From contig JADFNM010000001.1 of the NCBI GenBank assembly GCA_022563395.1, positions 270,342 through 334,341 on the forward strand: a stretch of DNA of 64,000 bases, read 5' to 3'. Source of the DNA: Patescibacteria group bacterium. GTDB taxonomy: Bacteria; Patescibacteriota; Minisyncoccia; Minisyncoccales; UBA10102. A model generated the notes under the pieces. It was not told the origin of the DNA. It searched no databases and saw only the letters and a program-made list of their open reading frames with translations. The position numbers and the translations under genes were made by a program. Below, in pieces: positions 59,774 to 64,000 of this stretch; the stretch's first letter is position 1, and the number at the start of each line of letters is the position of its first letter.

Positions 59774-61261
59774 ATGGAGAAGTTTCGATATATTCTAAAA
59801 GCAAAACTCTCAATACTTCCCAAGGCACCCGGTGTCTATGCTTTGTCGTCTCCCAAAACAATCTTATATATAGGAAAGGCAGCCAACATCAAAGACCGGG
59901 TCAAAAACCACTTTGCAAAAATCATCTACAAAGACAACCTCTTCATTAAAGACGTAACCAGGGTTGGATATATCAAAACAGACTCAGATATTGATGCTTT
60001 GCTGCTGGAATCAAAACTCATTAAAACAAAGCAGCCAAAGTATAATGTCATGTGGAAAGACGACAAGAAGTACTTCTATGTCGCAATAACTAAAGAAAAC
60101 TTTCCACGAGTATTTCTCACTCATCAACCCACAGGTTCCGCTACGGGAGCATCCACCGTCGCTTCGCGCGCCATACCCACGGCCCCTCCCGAGCTTCGCT
60201 CCGTCGGACGCTCCCTCCGCCAGGGCATAGACTATATTGGTCCTTTTACCGAAGGAAAGGCAATTAAGCGAGTGCTAAGATTGTTAAGAAGAGTATTCCC
60301 CTATTACACGGCAAAAAAGCATGGGACTCTTCTTTGTCAGTACTGTCATTTGAATCTATGCCCAGGCCCCACCCCTAACAAAAAAGCATACAAAAAGAAC
60401 ATACGCAATCTTGTTGCTGTTCTTTTAGGAAAGAAAACCTCGGTGTTGAAACAACTAAAAAAAGATATGGAGAGCGCGGCAAAGAACCAGGATTTTGAAA
60501 AGGCGGCAGGATTAAGAGACCAGTTTCTTTCTTTAGAACACATCATTTCCCATGCACGGCTTCTTTCTCCCGAGGTTTCGCCTTCCCTTAACTGGACCAT
60601 GATAGAAAAAGAACTGCAAAAGCTCTTTTTGACCAAAAAGAGAATTACCCGCATTGAGGCATACGACATCTCCAACATTCAGGGTAAGGAGGCAACGGGT
60701 TCCCAGATTACCTTTCTTAAAGGAGTTCCTGCAAAGGAGTACTATAAAAAATACAAGATTCGATTGGTACATAATAAGAGCCGGGGCATTGCTAAACGCT
60801 CGACAGGGACGCCTCGCTACAATGCCCGTCGGAACCAAGCAGTTGGCTCCGACCCAAATGATTTCGCCATGATGAAAGAACTTCTTGAAAGGCGCCTTCG
60901 GCATCCAGAGTGGCCCTACCCCCAGCTCATGGTTATTGACGGCGGCAAGGGCCAACTCACCTCAGTTCTCAAAGCCATTTCAAACTTAATCTCGTCAAAT
61001 TATCCCCAACCCTTCGGGTCTGAAAACCCTTCAGGGTCTGAACGACTTAGTTTAACTAAGTTACGAGGTATTAAAATCGTAGCTTTGGCAAAGAGACAGA
61101 ATGAACTGTTCTTTCCAAAAAAGCCAAAGTCAGTATTACTCCGAGATCTGCCAAGACCGCTGGAAAACTTATTCTTGCACATTCGAGATGAGGCACACCG
61201 CTTTGCCATTAAATATCACCGTACCCTACGCTCAAAAAACCTATTCTTGAGGTCCTCTTAA
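59774..61261 (+). CDS. uvrC: Excinuclease ABC subunit C (short form, no C-terminal HhH) with in-frame insertions
   Basis: PGVY/YIGKA GIY-YIG, UVR domain, EAYDISN, IDGGKGQ, RDEAHRFA. Confidence 0.92.
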   Translation: MEKFRYILKAKLSILPKAPGVYALSSPKTILYIGKAANIKDRVKNHFAKIIYKDNLFIKDVTRVGYIKTDSDIDALLLESKLIKTKQPKYNVMWKDDKKYFYVAITKENFPRVFLTHQPTGSATGASTVASRAIPTAPPELRSVGRSLRQGIDYIGPFTEGKAIKRVLRLLRRVFPYYTAKKHGTLLCQYCHLNLCPGPTPNKKAYKKNIRNLVAVLLGKKTSVLKQLKKDMESAAKNQDFEKAAGLRDQFLSLEHIISHARLLSPEVSPSLNWTMIEKELQKLFLTKKRITRIEAYDISNIQGKEATGSQITFLKGVPAKEYYKKYKIRLVHNKSRGIAKRSTGTPRYNARRNQAVGSDPNDFAMMKELLERRLRHPEWPYPQLMVIDGGKGQLTSVLKAISNLISSNYPQPFGSENPSGSERLSLTKLRGIKIVALAKRQNELFFPKKPKSVLLRDLPRPLENLFLHIRDEAHRFAIKYHRTLRSKNLFLRSS

Positions 61262-61271
61262 ATGAGGTCCT

Positions 61272-61315
61272 CTTAAATCTCGTTTAAGCATGTATGCTTA
61301 AACGAGATTTAGGCA
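61272..61315. repeat. REP-like inverted pair next to a 15-bp tandem duplication
   Basis: CTTAAATCTCGTTTAAGCA-tgta-TGCTTAAACGAGATTTAGG; TGAGGTCCTCTTAAA twice at 61248-61277. Confidence 0.85.
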
Positions 61316-61362
61316 TTATCTGTATTATTGACGAAACGAGAGAATACCTATATACTAAGGTA

Positions 61363-61704
61363 ATGCTGCAGACAATTGTACTCTCTTTGCTTGCAGGACT
61401 GGCTGGCCTTTGGATTGCAACGGAGTTCGTTCCAGGAGTTAGCTTTACGGGCAATCTGAAAAGCTTCTTGATTGCAGGTGTTATTCTTGGTATTATCATC
61501 GCTGTATCGCGCCCCTTGCTGAACCTCTTTTCTTTGATTGTGAAACTCGTGGTTCTGGTGGCCCTCACTCTTTTGGGAGTATGGATCTTGGACATTCTCT
61601 TTCCCGAACTCAACATTCTTGGTATAACCTCTTTGTTGTGGACCGGGCTTGCGGTGGCAGGAGCTACCGTAGTCCTTTCTCTGTTTGGCAGAGGTAAAGT
61701 ATGA
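61363..61704 (+). CDS. Four-TM YvlD/DUF360 holin-like membrane protein
   Basis: Hydrophobic; VPGVSF and RPLLNL patterns; promoter TTGACG-17-TATACT 6 nt before ATG. Confidence 0.7.
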   Translation: MLQTIVLSLLAGLAGLWIATEFVPGVSFTGNLKSFLIAGVILGIIIAVSRPLLNLFSLIVKLVVLVALTLLGVWILDILFPELNILGITSLLWTGLAVAGATVVLSLFGRGKV

Positions 61705-61916
61705 ATCCTTTAAGCATTGCGCAAATTGTCGTAGCGGTCCTCTTGGTGGTTGCCATCCTTCTTCAGCAGCGTGGAGGAGGGTTGGGCGGCATTTTTGGAG
61801 GCGGAGGTGAAGGATTCTACGCCGCGAGGCGTGGGCTCCAACAAAAACTCTACTGGGCAACCGTTACATTGGGTATTCTCTTTGTAGCCCTTGCCCTGCT
61901 CAATCTCCTTTTTTAG
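61701..61916 (+). CDS. secG: Preprotein translocase subunit SecG
   Basis: ILLQQRGGGLGGIFGG, RRG, two TM helices. Confidence 0.93.
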   Translation: MNPLSIAQIVVAVLLVVAILLQQRGGGLGGIFGGGGEGFYAARRGLQQKLYWATVTLGILFVALALLNLLF

Positions 61917-61919
61917 GTA

Positions 61920-63926
61920 ATGTTTCGAAAATCTCCTCTTTTTGACAACTTTTCTGGTTTTGTGCGGGACTTCAGGTTTCCCTCGTTTGATCAATGGACA
62001 AAACTGCCCCGCGTTCTTTCTCTAAAAGAAAAGAAGGGGCTGCTCTTGCTTCTGGTTCTCTTTTTGGGCTCCTTTCTGTTCTTAGCTTCCCATATCTATA
62101 TCACCTACACCGTAGTAACTCCGGCCAGGGGGGGTCAGGTAACCGAGGGCATGGTGGGCTCTCCTCGCTTTTTAAACCCCGTGTATGCTGAGGTAAACGA
62201 CATTGATAGAAGTTTGAGCCAACTTTTGTTCTCTGGGCTGCTCCGTTACGACAATGATGGTAACCTCGCTTACGACCTTGCAGAGAATTACAGCGTTTCG
62301 GAAGGCGGGAGAGTATTTGAGGTAAACTTAAAAGACAATGTGAGGTGGCACGACGGCTACGGCTTTGACGCAGACGATATTCTCTTTACCATACAGACCA
62401 TTCAGGACCCCAGGTACAAGTCGCCGGTGAGGGCAAACTGGGTGGGAGTTAATGTTCAAAAGGTTTCTCCTCTTAAGGTACGATTTGTTTTAAAAGACCC
62501 TTTTGCAAGCTTCCCAGAACGTCTCACCTTAAAAATCCTGCCCAAGCACGTATGGGAAGAAATTAGTCCTGAAAACTTTGCTCTTTCCATATATAACCTT
62601 CAGCCCATAGGAACTGGCCCCTATCGCTTGGTTGATGTAAAACGCACCAAGTCAGGCTCGGTAAGTGAAATACAGCTCAGGGCAAATTCAAGATACCATC
62701 TTTTGGGCCCATACATTGAGAAACTCGTGTTCAAATTCTTTGAAACAGAAGAAGAGTTGCTCCGCGAAGCTGATGCGGGCAAGCTTCAGAGCTTTTCTCT
62801 CATAAACCCCGCCCCCTCAAGATTCCGCAACCCCGCATTAAAGCTATACGAGTTTTCTCTTCCACGCTCCTACTCTTTATTCTTTAACCTTGAAGCAAAC
62901 TCTCCGGTTGCAGAAAAAAATGTCAGAAAAGCGCTTGCCCTCGGAATTGACCAACAAGAGTTAAACAAAAAAGTGTTTGCAGGAAATGCAATTCTGCTGT
63001 CTTCTCTTCTGCGGCCTGACCTATTTTTGTTTACCAATCCTCCAATCCAGGACAAAGATATTGCAAAAGCCTTTACCTTGCTTCAAGAAGAAGGATACCA
63101 AAAAACAGAGCAGGGAAATTTGGTAAAGGTTGCAGTTTCAAGCGAGTTTTCAACAGACCTTCGCCGAGGAAACCAAGGCGCCTTAGTGACTGCTTTGCAA
63201 CAATGCCTATCGCTAGACCCCAATGTATATCCTGACGGCACGGTAAACGGGGTGTTTGGACCCGCAACCCAGGCTGCGGTCATACGATTTCAAGAAAAAT
63301 ATGCAGAGGATGTCTTGGCTCCCTCAGGCTTAAGCAAGGGAACAGGAACAGTGGGTCCCGCAACCCGTGCAAGGCTTAATGAAGTATGCTCTACTCCAGA
63401 AGAAGACACTCCGTTTAAGCTCACTCTTACCACCCTAGACCAGTCTCCCTTAAAAGACGTAGCCCTGTTTGTGGCAGATTCATGGAAAGAGCTGGGAATC
63501 GCCACAAAGATTAATTTTCTCACCTCTGGCGAATTGGAACGAGATGTGCTAAAACCAAGAAACTTTGAAATACTCTTGTTTGGAGAAATTCTCAGCAGAA
63601 TTCCAGACCCCCTTCCCTTTTGGCACTCCTCTCAAGTAAAAGACCCGGGGCTTAACCTTTCAGGATACGACAACTCAGATGCAGACACACTGCTTGAACA
63701 AATCCGCAGGAGTTTAAACGCAAAAGACCGGAGCAATTTCCTGCTTGAGCTCCAAAGCCTTCTGTTAAAAGACCTTCCAGCAATAGCGCTCTATGACCTT
63801 CCTTTCCAGTATGTTGTTTCAAAGAAAATTAAGGACGTGAAAGGACAGCTCTTGTCTGAGCCTTCACAAAGGTTTTCTGGCGTTTTGGATTGGTATATAA
63901 AGACAAAACGAGTTTGGAGCTTTTAG
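61920..63926 (+). CDS. Family 5 ABC substrate-binding protein with inserted peptidoglycan-binding domain
   Basis: LFSGL, WHDG, ADDILFT, PIGTGPY; internal G.FGPATQAAVIRFQ PG-binding motif. Confidence 0.88.
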   Translation: MFRKSPLFDNFSGFVRDFRFPSFDQWTKLPRVLSLKEKKGLLLLLVLFLGSFLFLASHIYITYTVVTPARGGQVTEGMVGSPRFLNPVYAEVNDIDRSLSQLLFSGLLRYDNDGNLAYDLAENYSVSEGGRVFEVNLKDNVRWHDGYGFDADDILFTIQTIQDPRYKSPVRANWVGVNVQKVSPLKVRFVLKDPFASFPERLTLKILPKHVWEEISPENFALSIYNLQPIGTGPYRLVDVKRTKSGSVSEIQLRANSRYHLLGPYIEKLVFKFFETEEELLREADAGKLQSFSLINPAPSRFRNPALKLYEFSLPRSYSLFFNLEANSPVAEKNVRKALALGIDQQELNKKVFAGNAILLSSLLRPDLFLFTNPPIQDKDIAKAFTLLQEEGYQKTEQGNLVKVAVSSEFSTDLRRGNQGALVTALQQCLSLDPNVYPDGTVNGVFGPATQAAVIRFQEKYAEDVLAPSGLSKGTGTVGPATRARLNEVCSTPEEDTPFKLTLTTLDQSPLKDVALFVADSWKELGIATKINFLTSGELERDVLKPRNFEILLFGEILSRIPDPLPFWHSSQVKDPGLNLSGYDNSDADTLLEQIRRSLNAKDRSNFLLELQSLLLKDLPAIALYDLPFQYVVSKKIKDVKGQLLSEPSQRFSGVLDWYIKTKRVWSF

Positions 63927-64000
63927 GCCTGGGTGGTGAAATTGGCAAACACGCTAGCTTCAGGAGCTAGTGCCTTCACGGGCTTGCGAGTTCAAGTCTC
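63927..64000 (+). tRNA. tRNA-Leu(CAG), truncated by the window end
   Basis: GCCTGGG start; CTAGC-TT-CAG-GA-GCTAG anticodon arm; long variable arm; GAGTTCAAGTCTC. Confidence 0.9.

Noticed and set aside
61363..61704. Prophage inferred from the holin-like gene
   Set aside because: No phage structural, lysis or integrase genes nearby; this family commonly occurs in housekeeping context.

Overview
Chromosomal segment of a small-genome bacterium. The gene set, mostly SD-less starts and Lys/Arg-rich RpoD N-terminus suggest Patescibacteria/Parcubacteria (CPR); this is inference, not a database result. About 15.3-64 kb is mostly housekeeping: msrAB, uppS, rpmA, pyrG, rplI, dinB, dnaJ-dnaK-grpE, a cell-wall cluster, serS, lysS, greA, mreCD/PBP2, rpoD-dnaG, groESL, uvrA, uvrC, secG and four tRNAs, with some SD-led, foreign-looking genes inserted (purE-purC, asd, hypotheticals). 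The first 15.3 kb is an integron-like array of unrelated 1-3 gene modules, all but one on the minus strand. They are separated by a recurring composite repeat: a 28-bp 11-6-11 site (RAGTCCGGCTT-CATATA-variable arm) often abutting the upstream stop codon, an optional ~20-bp linker, and a conserved promoter/terminator block that places a -10 box a few nt before the next ATG. No integrase or attC consensus is present in the window. One module carries dapA behind what looks like a complete four-segment ribosome-mediated attenuator with a Lys-rich leader peptide. Also seen: a second mini-island with nested 79-bp and 33-bp direct repeats, and several palindromic repeat families, some inserted in frame into uvrA, uvrC and rpoD.
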